From an uncultured Alphaproteobacteria bacterium (lineage in GTDB: Bacteria > Pseudomonadota > Alphaproteobacteria > HIMB59): 64,000 nucleotides of DNA. The translations under genes and the position numbers were made by a program. Within the stretch, counting starts at the first letter, position 1. Every line of letters starts with the position of its first letter. The DNA is taken from NCBI GenBank assembly GCA_902523865.1, contig CABZBG010000004.1, positions 11,979 to 75,978 of the forward strand, given 5' to 3'. The notes beneath the pieces are model-generated. The model saw only the letters and a list, made by a program, of their open reading frames with translations. It was not told the DNA's origin and did no database searches. Of this stretch, positions 31,685 to 41,897 are shown in pieces.

Positions 31685-32706
31685 TAGGAGCTAGATGGAG
31701 CCCAGATATTAATATCTCCATCTTTTGCCTTTTGATTAATTTTTTTTATTTCTTCTTTACCAAATTTCAAATTATCAAGAGAAGCAAGACAATCTCTTAG
31801 CTGTGTAACAGTCCTTGCACCAATTAAGGCTGAAGTGATGGCTTTGTTATTTAACACCCAAGCCAAGGCCATCTGAGATAAGTTCTGGCCTCTTTTTTTT
31901 GCTAATTTGTTTAAATCATTGATAATCTTTGTATTTTTTTTTGTAATTAGTTTTCTACTAAATGAGCTATTTTCACTTACTCTAGTACCCTTAGGCAGTC
32001 CGTTTAAGTATTTATTTGATAAAAAGCCCTGCGCTAAAGGGGAGAAAGCGATACATCCTACTCCGTTTTTCAAAAGAGTTTTAGTAAGGCCTTTTTCAAT
32101 CCAACGATTAATTAAAGAATAAGAAGGTTGATGGATAAATAATTTAATCCCTCTTTGTTTAAGAATTTTCATCATTACATTAGTTTTTTTTTCTGAGTAA
32201 GAGGAAATTCCAACATAAAGAGCCTTACCAGAACGATATATACTTTCGAGAGCATCAGCCGTTTCCTCTAAAGGTGTATTCGGATCAAAACGATGAGAGT
32301 AAAATATATCAACATAATCTAAGTTCATTCTTTTTAAACTTTGATCACAACTAGCAATGACATGTTTCTTTGACCCCCATTCCCCATAAGGACCATCCCA
32401 CATATCATAACCAGCCTTAGATGAAATAATCATCTCATCTCTATATTTTCCTAAATCACTTTTCATAACTTTGCCAAAATTAGTTTCGGCACTGCCATAA
32501 GGTGGTCCATAATTATTTGCTAAATCAAAATGAGTGATACCAGAGTCAAAAGACTCAAATAATATCTTTTTAGACTCTGAGGACATACCATTACCTCCAA
32601 AGTTATGCCACAGACCAATAGAAATTAATGGAAGCTTTAAACCACTTTGTCCACAATTTCTATATTGCATTTTGGTATATCTTTTTGTATTAGCTAAATA
32701 ACTCAT
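31681..32706 (-). CDS. gpr: Aldo-keto reductase, L-glyceraldehyde-3-phosphate reductase (YghZ/Gpr type)
   Basis: GLWHNFG, HFDLANNYGPPYGSAE, SSKAGYDMW.GPYGEWGS, YVDIFYSHR, IHQPSYS. Confidence 0.88.
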   Translation of the reverse strand: MSYLANTKRYTKMQYRNCGQSGLKLPLISIGLWHNFGGNGMSSESKKILFESFDSGITHFDLANNYGPPYGSAETNFGKVMKSDLGKYRDEMIISSKAGYDMWDGPYGEWGSKKHVIASCDQSLKRMNLDYVDIFYSHRFDPNTPLEETADALESIYRSGKALYVGISSYSEKKTNVMMKILKQRGIKLFIHQPSYSLINRWIEKGLTKTLLKNGVGCIAFSPLAQGFLSNKYLNGLPKGTRVSENSSFSRKLITKKNTKIINDLNKLAKKRGQNLSQMALAWVLNNKAITSALIGARTVTQLRDCLASLDNLKFGKEEIKKINQKAKDGDINIWAPSSSY

Positions 32707-33620
32707 TGCACAGTCTCCTCAATTTCTTTTTTCATTGGCATGGAATTTGCAGCACCTTCTCTTGTCACAGAAATTCCTGCAACTAAATTAGCAAACTCTA
32801 TCGACTGTTTGTAGGTTTTATTTTGAGACAGAGCAACACTCAAAGCGCCATTAAAAGCATCTCCAGCTCCAGTTGTATCGACAACAGGTTTATTTAAATG
32901 GGATGCAGGCATTAAAAATTCTTCATCAATATTTTTAAAATAACAACCTTTCTCCCCGAGAGTAATCAATATATTTTTTACACCTTTTTCTAAAAAATAT
33001 TTTCCAGCAACTTTACAATCATCCTCGTTTTTTACTAGTTTGTTAAAATAAAAACTTGCTTCAGTTTCATTTGGAGTAAAAAAATCAATATATTGAAAAA
33101 AATCATCTGGTATTTCACTTGAAGGGGCTGGATTTAAAATTGTAATACAATTTTGACTCTTTGCTTCTTTTAAAGCATACAAGGTAACATCTTTAGGAGT
33201 TTCTAACTGTGTTAAAAAAATTTTTGAATCTTTAATTATACTTAAATTTTTATCAATTAAATTTTTACCTATAGTTCCAGCAGCACCTGGTACAACATTA
33301 ATAGCATTTTCCCCTGTTTTCCTATTTATTAAAATACCTGCAGATCCGGTTGACTCATTTTCATCGATTTCTAAACCATCGTAGTTGATACCAGAATCTT
33401 TATACAAAGAAATTGCTAGATCTGCATAATTATCGCTCCCTACTTTACTAATAAAAGAAACCTCTCCACCAGCTCTAGCTGCAGCAATAGCCTGATTTGA
33501 ACCTTTGCCGCCAGGTCCAATTATATATTTTTCACCTAATATCGTTTGGCCAGCGACTGGAATGTTATCAGCAAAAAAACAGATATCTGCTACAAAAATA
33601 CCAAAAACACAAATACTCAA
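32703..33620 (-). CDS. rbsK: Ribokinase (PfkB family)
   Basis: GGKGSNQA, QLE, LNPAP, TPNETEA, DTTGAGDAFNG. Confidence 0.88.
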   Translation of the reverse strand: MSICVFGIFVADICFFADNIPVAGQTILGEKYIIGPGGKGSNQAIAAARAGGEVSFISKVGSDNYADLAISLYKDSGINYDGLEIDENESTGSAGILINRKTGENAINVVPGAAGTIGKNLIDKNLSIIKDSKIFLTQLETPKDVTLYALKEAKSQNCITILNPAPSSEIPDDFFQYIDFFTPNETEASFYFNKLVKNEDDCKVAGKYFLEKGVKNILITLGEKGCYFKNIDEEFLMPASHLNKPVVDTTGAGDAFNGALSVALSQNKTYKQSIEFANLVAGISVTREGAANSMPMKKEIEETVQ

Positions 33621-34075
33621 TTATTTATTATCCAAACTGAACCATCAGGCTTAACAACTCCTTTAGTCAAAATAAAGCAACCAAAAGGTCTTGTTTCGTT
33701 TGTCGTAATGATAGCAAAAGCTTTTTTGGCTTCTTCGTAAAATTTAAATCTTTCAATTGATCCTATTTTCCAATTCTCACCCGCAACACTTTTAGTAACT
33801 TCCATAATTTCTTGATGAACATCATTCAGTTCGTCAGGTTTGTTATCGATTTGCATTCTAAGTATTGGAAACTCCACAAAACTATCTAGGGGGAATATTG
33901 ATAATATTGCTTTAGCCGCTCTAGCGGCATCAACCCCATCTAAACGATGCACTAGCGAATTCATAGAATAAGCTGGAAAGTTTGAGTCACATAAAATTAG
34001 TTTATCTCCATGTCCCATTGCTCTCAAAGTATGCAAAACATCTGGACCAAGAATAGGATCAATCTTAATAAGCAT
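33617..34075 (-). CDS. RbsD/FucU-family pyranase/mutarotase
   Basis: MGHGDKLILCDSNFP, ERFKFYE, FILTKGV. Confidence 0.9.
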   Translation of the reverse strand: MLIKIDPILGPDVLHTLRAMGHGDKLILCDSNFPAYSMNSLVHRLDGVDAARAAKAILSIFPLDSFVEFPILRMQIDNKPDELNDVHQEIMEVTKSVAGENWKIGSIERFKFYEEAKKAFAIITTNETRPFGCFILTKGVVKPDGSVWIINN

Positions 34076-34114
34076 ATAATATAGAACTAAATTAATTCGT
34101 TAAATTCAACTTAA

Positions 34115-35131
34115 TTAATTTATCTCAACTGGTCTTGATCTTAACATTCTAACAGTTTCAGGTTCTGCTTTTCTGCATAACTTTGGAGGAAGACCTTGAT
34201 TTATTAGATTTAAATCTTCAAATACTATTTCACCCATTTCATAAAAAACAGACTTAAGAGCCCCAGCCCTATGTGCTGAAAAAAGAATATTTTTAGATTT
34301 GCGTATGGCATCATTTTTTTTTACAGGCTCTTCAGGAAATACATCTATGGCAACTTTTATTTTTCTTTTTTTTGAAATTTGTAATAGATCTTTAAAATTT
34401 ACTACATTTGCTCTGCTAAGAATTAACAAACAAGAATTTTTTTTCATTAGATTAAGTAACTTTTTATCAATCATATTCTTGTTTTTTGATGTAATTGAAC
34501 TTAGAACATAAATTACATCTGATTTTTTGAATATTTCTTTTAGAGAGTTTACCTTACAATTGTTTTCCTCAAGAAACTTGTTTGGAAGCCATGGGTCGTA
34601 TGCAAGAAAATTATTTGTGAAAGGCTCTAATAAGGGTTTCAACTTTTTGGCTAAATCACCAAAACCAATAAAACTTAAAGTGTTATTTTTAAGTAAACTG
34701 CAATTTATATTACTTTCCAATCCATATTTTTCTTTATTATTCATAAAATCTATATGTGATTGATGAATTTCCCTCTTAAGAGATAAAGTAAACCCAACTG
34801 CAATTTCAGCAACAGTTTGAGCAAATACAGGAGCAGTGGATAGAACATAAATGCCGTTTGTAAAACAATACTCATAATCCATGTTATCAATGAAGTTGCT
34901 CTCAATATTGAATATAGCTTTTAGTTTGGCAGCCTTTTTTAAAATAGTCTTTGAGAGATTAGGTTGTCCGATTATGAAATCTGCATTTGATATATTTTTT
35001 TCGTAAAAATGTTTTTTATTTTTGATTGGCGCGTTAATAAGTTTGAAATTTTTTTTTAAATAAACAAGCTTATCTCTAGAAAAGATAAGATCCATTTCTC
35101 TTGGAAAAGGATCAACAATTATTGTTTTCAT
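34115..35131 (-). CDS. D-isomer-specific 2-hydroxyacid dehydrogenase family protein
   Basis: VAEIA, GFGDLA, YDPW, SRA, DVFPEEP, SAHRAGA. Confidence 0.88.
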   Translation of the reverse strand: MKTIIVDPFPREMDLIFSRDKLVYLKKNFKLINAPIKNKKHFYEKNISNADFIIGQPNLSKTILKKAAKLKAIFNIESNFIDNMDYEYCFTNGIYVLSTAPVFAQTVAEIAVGFTLSLKREIHQSHIDFMNNKEKYGLESNINCSLLKNNTLSFIGFGDLAKKLKPLLEPFTNNFLAYDPWLPNKFLEENNCKVNSLKEIFKKSDVIYVLSSITSKNKNMIDKKLLNLMKKNSCLLILSRANVVNFKDLLQISKKRKIKVAIDVFPEEPVKKNDAIRKSKNILFSAHRAGALKSVFYEMGEIVFEDLNLINQGLPPKLCRKAEPETVRMLRSRPVEIN

Positions 35132-35177
35132 TAGTTGATTATATCAATTATTTATTTTTTTGATAATCTAAGTTCAA

Positions 35178-35843
35178 ATGAAAAGATCTGAAATAAATGC
35201 TGCCATATCTGAGGCCAAAGACATGATCGATAAATATTCATGGGTACTACCTAAATGGGGCTATTGGTCTAAAGAGGAGTACAAAAATAATCCAATCTTA
35301 AAAAGTTATTTAAAAGATCATCAGATGGGCTGGGATGTGACTGATTTTGGTAAGGGAGAATTTGAAAAAAAAGGTATCACTTTATTTTGTATAAGAAACG
35401 GAATACAGGGTAATAACGATGATAAACCTTATGCAGAGAAGTTATTGTTTATGAAAGAAGGTCAAGAAATACCTTTTCATAGCCACAAAGTAAAATTAGA
35501 AGATATAATTAACCGAGGTGGTGGGGAGTTAGCAATAGAATTTTTGGAAGTCGACTCAAATCAAATTGAATTAAATTCTAAAATTGACGTTCTTGTTGAC
35601 GGTGAAATAGTCTCCATTGCACCAAGAGAACCCTTAATTTTAAAAAGAGGCCAGAGTGTGACTGTTGAGAGAAATATATATCATAGATTCTATTCAGTAG
35701 AGGGTTCAGGAATGGTCATGGCAGGTGAAGTTTCTCAAGTTAACGATGATAATAAAGATAATTATTTTTTAGAAAGTGTGGGAAGATTTACTACAATTGA
35801 AGAGGATGAAGAGGCCATACATCCGTTATGGAATGAAACTTAA
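35178..35843 (+). CDS. D-lyxose/D-mannose ketol-isomerase family (cupin)
   Basis: MKRSEIN, GWDVTDFG, LFCIRNG, YAEK, PFHSH.VK.EDIINRGG, YHRF, GEVSQVNDD..DNYF. Confidence 0.88.
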   Translation: MKRSEINAAISEAKDMIDKYSWVLPKWGYWSKEEYKNNPILKSYLKDHQMGWDVTDFGKGEFEKKGITLFCIRNGIQGNNDDKPYAEKLLFMKEGQEIPFHSHKVKLEDIINRGGGELAIEFLEVDSNQIELNSKIDVLVDGEIVSIAPREPLILKRGQSVTVERNIYHRFYSVEGSGMVMAGEVSQVNDDNKDNYFLESVGRFTTIEEDEEAIHPLWNET

Positions 35844-35848
35844 AATTA

Positions 35849-36829
35849 ATGAAAAAAGGAATAATTGCTTCAGGTATTTGGTGTGTAGACATATCTTACA
35901 AAATTAAAAATTGGCCATCTGAAGGAAAAACGTCAATAGTAGAGAGAAAAATAGACGGCGTCGGTGGTGGACCATCGAACGTCCTAACAAATTTAGAATA
36001 TTTAGGTTTTAAGTATCCCAAAATTGCTCTTGGGTGTATAGGGAAAGACAAAGAAGCAGACATAATTAAAAAACATAATAAAAAAAATAATATTATTTCA
36101 AAATATTTAACTACTCTAAAAAAAATTAAAACATCCTATACTTTGATAATGTCTAAAGGTGGAGGCGAGAGAACTTTTTTTCATTATGCAGGAGCAAATA
36201 ACAACTTAAGCTATCGTAATTTAAAACTATCAAATATAAAGAATTATAAACCAAAAATTTTCTATGTAGGATACCTAACCTTTCTTGGTAAACTAGATGA
36301 ATTAGATGATAATAATAAGACTAAGTTATGTTCAGTATTAAAAAAAACAAAAAAAATGGGAATGCTAAATTGTTTAGATCTAGCCTCTTATGATCATAAA
36401 AACTATAAAAAAATTATAAAAAGTGCAGCAAAATATTGCGACTATCTCTTCTTAAATGAAATAGAAGCTGAGCTTTCTACAGATTTCAAAATAATTTTTG
36501 AAAATAAATTTAATAAAAAAAATGCTGAGTCTGCGGCTAATTATCTTTTAGATTGTGGGGTAAATAAAGCTGTTGTATTACATTCGCCTCAATACACTAT
36601 ATGGAAAGAAAAGAATAAGCTTTCTCACTGGTATAAATCAAAATTGCTAAAAAATAGTCAGATTGTTAGTAAGGTAGGTGCTGGTGATGCATTTTGTGCT
36701 GCTTGCTTATATGGAATACACGAAGAATGGGATGTAGAAAAAATTTTAAAAAAGGCTCATTCAGCTGCAAGTTCGATTCTTAAAACAGAATTCTCTAGTG
36801 GTAATATTCCTAATATTAATTATTTATAA
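35849..36829 (+). CDS. PfkB-family carbohydrate kinase
   Basis: GGGPSN, ERTFFH..GAN, FLNEIEA, VGAGDAF. Confidence 0.88.
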   Translation: MKKGIIASGIWCVDISYKIKNWPSEGKTSIVERKIDGVGGGPSNVLTNLEYLGFKYPKIALGCIGKDKEADIIKKHNKKNNIISKYLTTLKKIKTSYTLIMSKGGGERTFFHYAGANNNLSYRNLKLSNIKNYKPKIFYVGYLTFLGKLDELDDNNKTKLCSVLKKTKKMGMLNCLDLASYDHKNYKKIIKSAAKYCDYLFLNEIEAELSTDFKIIFENKFNKKNAESAANYLLDCGVNKAVVLHSPQYTIWKEKNKLSHWYKSKLLKNSQIVSKVGAGDAFCAACLYGIHEEWDVEKILKKAHSAASSILKTEFSSGNIPNINYL

Positions 36830-37819
36830 CTATAGTTTTAGAACCTTTTCGGTAATCATTAAATCTTTGTCCAATGATCTATCTGGTTTAATTTTCTTTT
36901 TTTTAAGCTGGTCATGATAAAACTTAACACCTTCTTGAGAGGTCATCCCATTTACAACATCTCGCATAGTTTTAACAATCAACTTCTGGTCTTCTGCTAG
37001 ATTGATTTTTCTGCCAAATAATGCAACTTTTGCGCCATATTTAAAAGATTTTGAGATAAGCTCGAAACAGTCTCTTGTTGTTCCTTTTCCACCACCTAGT
37101 ATCCCAACTATAAGATTTTTTGGGTCATAACTCGCTAACTCTTCCATTGCTTTAGGACCGTTATAGGCAATTTTTAAAAACAGAGGTCTTTCACTTTTTA
37201 ACTGCCCAGCGAGTGTCTTCAGGATACAATCATTTACATACTCACCTAATTGAGACTGGTTCAAACCAGTTTTTGTTTGTGGATTAAAAACCTCTAAAAA
37301 ATAATTGAAGTTATTTTTTTCAGCTTCTTGTCTAAAATCCCTGTAAGAATTTAACATCTCAAGATCGTGATTTAAACTTTTAGAAAACGTAATTGAAAAT
37401 AATCCAAGATTTGAATATTTTTTAACGTTTTTTAAGTTAGCAGTTCGAAAAGGAGTAGCCATTTCTTTTTTATAATTTCCGTGTCTTATGCCCCAAATAT
37501 CAGATGTGTCATTCATTCTTACAGCTGGAGTTACTGGTGAATTTTTAAAAATTCCCTTTTTAAATAATAGCTCTGCATTGGATGCAGACATAAGCATAAT
37601 ATCCACAAGTTTAGATTTAGTCATAGACTCCATCAAATCTAAATAATCTTTTAAATTTTTATATTGATTTAAAATCAGTCCATTTTTATTTCTTTTATTT
37701 CCAGGTGCAGGTATACCACCACCCATGTCAGCATCTTTAGCATCTGCAATAATAAAATCTTTTGGAGTAAAGTTATAATTCCTAATTCTCTGGAGTTTAA
37801 AATCAAGCGATTTTTTCAT
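36830..37819 (-). CDS. Conserved hypothetical protein, probable class I (LacD/DeoC-like) aldolase fold
   Basis: DAKDADMG, FLEVFNP, LFLKIAY (candidate Schiff-base Lys), VGILGG, ALFGRKI (phosphate-binding GR). Confidence 0.6.
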   Translation of the reverse strand: MKKSLDFKLQRIRNYNFTPKDFIIADAKDADMGGGIPAPGNKRNKNGLILNQYKNLKDYLDLMESMTKSKLVDIMLMSASNAELLFKKGIFKNSPVTPAVRMNDTSDIWGIRHGNYKKEMATPFRTANLKNVKKYSNLGLFSITFSKSLNHDLEMLNSYRDFRQEAEKNNFNYFLEVFNPQTKTGLNQSQLGEYVNDCILKTLAGQLKSERPLFLKIAYNGPKAMEELASYDPKNLIVGILGGGKGTTRDCFELISKSFKYGAKVALFGRKINLAEDQKLIVKTMRDVVNGMTSQEGVKFYHDQLKKKKIKPDRSLDKDLMITEKVLKL

Positions 37820-37891
37820 AAATTTAAGTTTATCATCAATATAATTACACTATAAATAGAAAAAATTAAATTAAGATTATATAGTTATAAT

Positions 37892-39337
37892 ATGTATTTA
37901 GGAATAGACTTAGGGACCTCTTCAATGAAATGTCTTATTATTGGAGATGATCAGGAGATAATATATAATGTTTCGAGTAAAGATATATCATTAACAAATC
38001 CAAAAAGTGGTTGGTCCGAACAAGATCCATCTCTGTGGATTGAAGCATTAGAACTTTGCCTCGCAAAATTAAAAGAAAAAGTAAAATTAAACGAAATTAA
38101 ATCAATTTCATTTTCAGGTCACATGCATGGCGCTACATGTATTGATAAAAATCATAAGGTAATAAGGCCTTGTATTTTGTGGAATGACACAAGAAGTCAC
38201 GAGGAGTGTAAAGATATTATGAATGATAAATCAGTCATGGATATTGCTGGAAATATTGCTATGCCAGGATTTACCGCACCTAAAGTATTATGGTTAAAAA
38301 ATAATGAATTTGATAATTTTAAATTAATTCACAAAGTTTTACTGCCCAAAGATTATTTGAGGTTTTATTTAACAGGAGAATTTTTCAGCGATTTGTCTGA
38401 TGCCTCTGGAACTTATTGGCTAGATATAGAAAAGAGAAATTGGTCAAATAAATTACTAGAAGCAAGTTTTATGAATATTTCACAAATGCCAAATATTTGT
38501 GAAGGAATAGAACAAACTGGAGTTATAAAGAAAGATATCGCAGAAAAATATGGTCTAAATATTAATTGCAAAGTTTTTGGTGGCGCAGGAGATAACGCTG
38601 CTGCTGCCGTTGGCTTAGGTTTATATGAAGAGGGTGATGCATCTATTTCTCTTGGAACATCAGGTGTTATTTTTGGTTCTACCAAAAGATTTTTAAAAAA
38701 TTATGACGATGCTATTCATTCATTTTGCCATTGCTTGCCAAATACATGGCATTTAATGTCGGTCATGCTCTCTTGCACTTCTAATATCAATTGGTTTATA
38801 AATACTTTTAATTCATCAATAAAAGAAATTACTGATCAATTAAAAAATTCTATGTTTTCAAAAAATTTAATAAATAACTCCCCATACTATCTACCTTATC
38901 TGACTGGAGAGAGAACACCAATCAACGATCCTCATGTTAGAGCAAGTTTTCATAATATGGGTATTGAAACAGATAGATCTCTATTGGTTTATAGTTTGAT
39001 AGAGGGAATATCATTTGGACTTAACGATAATTACCAAGCACTCTCAAAAACAGGAATAAAGCTTGATAATTTATTTGTAATAGGCGGTGGTTCAAAAAAT
39101 GAATATTGGATAAAACTTTTGGCTTCAATACTAGATAGAGATTTATCAATTACCGAAGCATCAGATGCAATGGCAGCTTATGGAGCCGCAAGATTAGCTT
39201 TTCTAGGTTTTAATAACTTAGATCACAGCGAAGTTTTAAAACCACCAACTGTAAAAAAAATAATTGAAAAGGACTCAACTCTAAATTCACTTCTCAAAGT
39301 TCGATTTAATGATTGGAAAAATTATTATATTAATTAG
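37892..39337 (+). CDS. xylB: Xylulokinase (FGGY)
   Basis: YLGIDLGTS, SGHMHG, ILWNDTR, MPGFTAPK, GGAGDNAAAAVG, SLGTSG, HSFCH, YLTGERTP. Confidence 0.9.
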   Translation: MYLGIDLGTSSMKCLIIGDDQEIIYNVSSKDISLTNPKSGWSEQDPSLWIEALELCLAKLKEKVKLNEIKSISFSGHMHGATCIDKNHKVIRPCILWNDTRSHEECKDIMNDKSVMDIAGNIAMPGFTAPKVLWLKNNEFDNFKLIHKVLLPKDYLRFYLTGEFFSDLSDASGTYWLDIEKRNWSNKLLEASFMNISQMPNICEGIEQTGVIKKDIAEKYGLNINCKVFGGAGDNAAAAVGLGLYEEGDASISLGTSGVIFGSTKRFLKNYDDAIHSFCHCLPNTWHLMSVMLSCTSNINWFINTFNSSIKEITDQLKNSMFSKNLINNSPYYLPYLTGERTPINDPHVRASFHNMGIETDRSLLVYSLIEGISFGLNDNYQALSKTGIKLDNLFVIGGGSKNEYWIKLLASILDRDLSITEASDAMAAYGAARLAFLGFNNLDHSEVLKPPTVKKIIEKDSTLNSLLKVRFNDWKNYYIN

Positions 39338-39351
39338 TTTTTTTTAAAATT

Positions 39352-39981
39352 ATGTCAGATTTAAATTATAGTGAACTATTAATTAAACTTTTCGATAAGC
39401 TCAAAAATAATTCCAAACATCGCTATTTTATTGCTCTTTCTGGCCCACCTGCCTCTGGAAAAAGTACAATATCTGAAAAATTAGTGAAAGACCTCACTTT
39501 TAAAGGATACAACTCTAGTATTCTTCAAATGGACGGTTTTCATTATGATAATAAAATTTTAAAGCAAAAGAGTCTTCTCTTAAAAAAAGGCGCACCAGAG
39601 ACATTTGATGTTATGGGTCTTTTAAACTTTTTATCTCGATTACAAATTGAAGATGAAGTAGCTATACCTATTTTTGATCGCTCTATTGAACTCTCAAGAT
39701 CTTCAGCAGTGATTATTTCTAAAGAAACCAGAGTAATTATCGTAGAGGGTAATTATATTTTATTAAAGACACATCCTTGGAGCGAATTAAATAAATTTTT
39801 TAATACTACGATAATGATTTCCACTAAACATGAAATTTTAGAAAGGAGACTAATAGAAAGATGGAAAAATTTCAATATACCAGAAGAAGAGATTAAACAA
39901 AAAGTTTTTGAAAATGATTTACCAAATGGTGTGAATGTTTATAAAAATAGTATTCTAGCTGACTATAATTTATTAAACTAA
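39352..39981 (+). CDS. frcK: P-loop kinase, FrcK/YggC type
   Basis: GPPASGKS, MDGFH, KGAPETFD, VEGNY; adjacent to frcA. Confidence 0.78.
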   Translation: MSDLNYSELLIKLFDKLKNNSKHRYFIALSGPPASGKSTISEKLVKDLTFKGYNSSILQMDGFHYDNKILKQKSLLLKKGAPETFDVMGLLNFLSRLQIEDEVAIPIFDRSIELSRSSAVIISKETRVIIVEGNYILLKTHPWSELNKFFNTTIMISTKHEILERRLIERWKNFNIPEEEIKQKVFENDLPNGVNVYKNSILADYNLLN

Positions 39982-40742
39982 GAACTTGGCGGTTCTTTAG
40001 CACCAGTCATATATGCAACTGCATCAGACATTGAATTATCTTTAGGATTAATAACACAAAGTCTTTTACCTAAGCGGTGTATGTGAATTCTATCAGAAAC
40101 TTCAAAGACATGGGGCATGTTATGAGAAATAAGAATTATTGGAATTCCCCTAGATTTTACTTCACCAATTAATTCTAGAACTCTTCTGCTTTCTTTTACA
40201 CCTAGTGCTGCAGTAGGCTCATCCATAATTATAACTTTTGTACCAAAAGCAGCAGCTCTGGCAACCGCAACTCCTTGCCGTTGTCCACCAGATAGTGTTT
40301 CAACTTGTTGGTTAATATTTTGAATAGTTAACAAACCCAACTCTGATAATTTTGTTCGTGCAAGTTCTTGCATTCCTGATTGATCTAAAAATCTTAAGAA
40401 TTTGCCCATAAAACCTTTTTTATGTATTTCTCTACCTAAAAACATGTTATCAGCAATAGTTAGTGCCGGAGAAAGAGCTAGGTTTTGATAAACAGTTTCA
40501 ATACCTGTTTTCCTTGCCTCAATTGGAGAACCAAAAGTGACTTTATTTCCATCTAATAAAATTTCTCCTGAGTCTGGCTGAACTGCTCCACAAAGAGCTT
40601 TAATTAATGTTGATTTTCCTGCACCATTATCACCAATTACTCCCAAAACTTCGTCTTTATAAAGTTCTAAATCAGCATTATCTAAGGCTACAACTTTACC
40701 ATATCTTTTATTAATTGCTTTTGCTTGTAATACAGGTTGCAT
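39978..40742 (-). CDS. frcA: Fructose-type sugar ABC transporter ATP-binding protein
   Basis: [29 protein letters not shown]. Start placed at the ATG overlapping the frcC stop (TAATG). Confidence 0.9.
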   Translation of the reverse strand: MQPVLQAKAINKRYGKVVALDNADLELYKDEVLGVIGDNGAGKSTLIKALCGAVQPDSGEILLDGNKVTFGSPIEARKTGIETVYQNLALSPALTIADNMFLGREIHKKGFMGKFLRFLDQSGMQELARTKLSELGLLTIQNINQQVETLSGGQRQGVAVARAAAFGTKVIIMDEPTAALGVKESRRVLELIGEVKSRGIPIILISHNMPHVFEVSDRIHIHRLGKRLCVINPKDNSMSDAVAYMTGAKEPPSS

Positions 40743-41824
40743 TAATTTGATATCCTCCTTATCCACTGATCAAGTCCAACTGCCATAATTATTAAACATC
40801 CTAGTGCAAATCTTTGCCATAAAACATCTAAACCAGCAATAGATAGACCAGAGCTAAAAACTCCCACAATCAACGCACCAAACAAAGCGCCAACTATAGA
40901 TCCTCTTCCACCAAATAATGAAGTTCCTCCAATAACAACTGCAGTTATAGAGTCAAGATTACCCTCGTAAAAACTAGTTGGAGACACTGAGCCTACTCTT
41001 CCAATTGAAACCCATGCGCCTAAAGCTAATATTAAACCAGCTACAGTGTAAACAGACAACAGCATTCTATCTGTTCTGATACCTGATAGCTCTGCAGCAT
41101 CTTTATCATCACCAACTGCATAGACATGCCTTCCCCAAGCAGTTTTGTTAAGCACGAACCACAAAACAATAAATATTAAAATCATTAAAAATGATCCATA
41201 TGTAAACTGAGCCCCATAAACTTTGACACTCTTTCCAAAGAAATGAAGTAAGGGAGCATTAGCTTCAATGTCTCTTGATCTAATTGATTGTGAACCACTA
41301 AAAAATATTACTAGAGCAAAAAATACATTCCAAGTTCCTAAAGTTACAATGAAGGGTGGAAGGCGAAATTTAGTTACCAACCATCCATTTATATATCCAC
41401 ATATAGCACCACTAGCCATCCCAACCATTATTGCAAACGACGTGGGTAATCCCATTTGAACAGACAGTTTGCCCATAAATACTGAAGCAAGAACCATTAT
41501 AGCTGCAACACTCAGATCAATTCCTGCTGTTAAGATAATTAATGTTTGGGCTGCTGCTAAAATTCCAACAATTGTCACTTGTTGAATAATTAGTGATAAA
41601 TTAAAAGCAGAGAAAAACTTTCCCCCAGCGACAAGACCAAAAACCGCAACACTTACGAATAGTATAATGACTGGTACCATGGTCGGGTTGCCATGAAGAA
41701 AGTTTTGAATTTTTTTTATAGTGTTTGGTTTTTCTAATTCAAAAGTATGATGATCTTGATCCTTGGAACCTATTTCGTCTTGAAACTTTGGTTGATCCTG
41801 TAAATCTTTAGAAATATCACTCAT
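40742..41824 (-). CDS. frcC: Fructose-type sugar ABC transporter permease
   Basis: TAGIDLSV, LPPFIVTLG, GRHVYAVGD, AVVIGGTSLFGGRG. Confidence 0.9.
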   Translation of the reverse strand: MSDISKDLQDQPKFQDEIGSKDQDHHTFELEKPNTIKKIQNFLHGNPTMVPVIILFVSVAVFGLVAGGKFFSAFNLSLIIQQVTIVGILAAAQTLIILTAGIDLSVAAIMVLASVFMGKLSVQMGLPTSFAIMVGMASGAICGYINGWLVTKFRLPPFIVTLGTWNVFFALVIFFSGSQSIRSRDIEANAPLLHFFGKSVKVYGAQFTYGSFLMILIFIVLWFVLNKTAWGRHVYAVGDDKDAAELSGIRTDRMLLSVYTVAGLILALGAWVSIGRVGSVSPTSFYEGNLDSITAVVIGGTSLFGGRGSIVGALFGALIVGVFSSGLSIAGLDVLWQRFALGCLIIMAVGLDQWIRRISN

Positions 41825-41847
41825 GTTTATATCTTAACTATATCGTA

Positions 41848-41875
41848 AAATAGGGCAGCGAGAGCCACCCTATTT
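41848..41875 (-). terminator. Stem-loop between frcB and frcC (partial terminator or mRNA stabiliser)
   Basis: Minus strand AAATAGGGTGGC-TCTC-GCTGCCCTATTT; the two G-U pairs form only on this strand. Confidence 0.75.
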
Positions 41876-41897
41876 AATAGTTTAAATTATTAGGACT

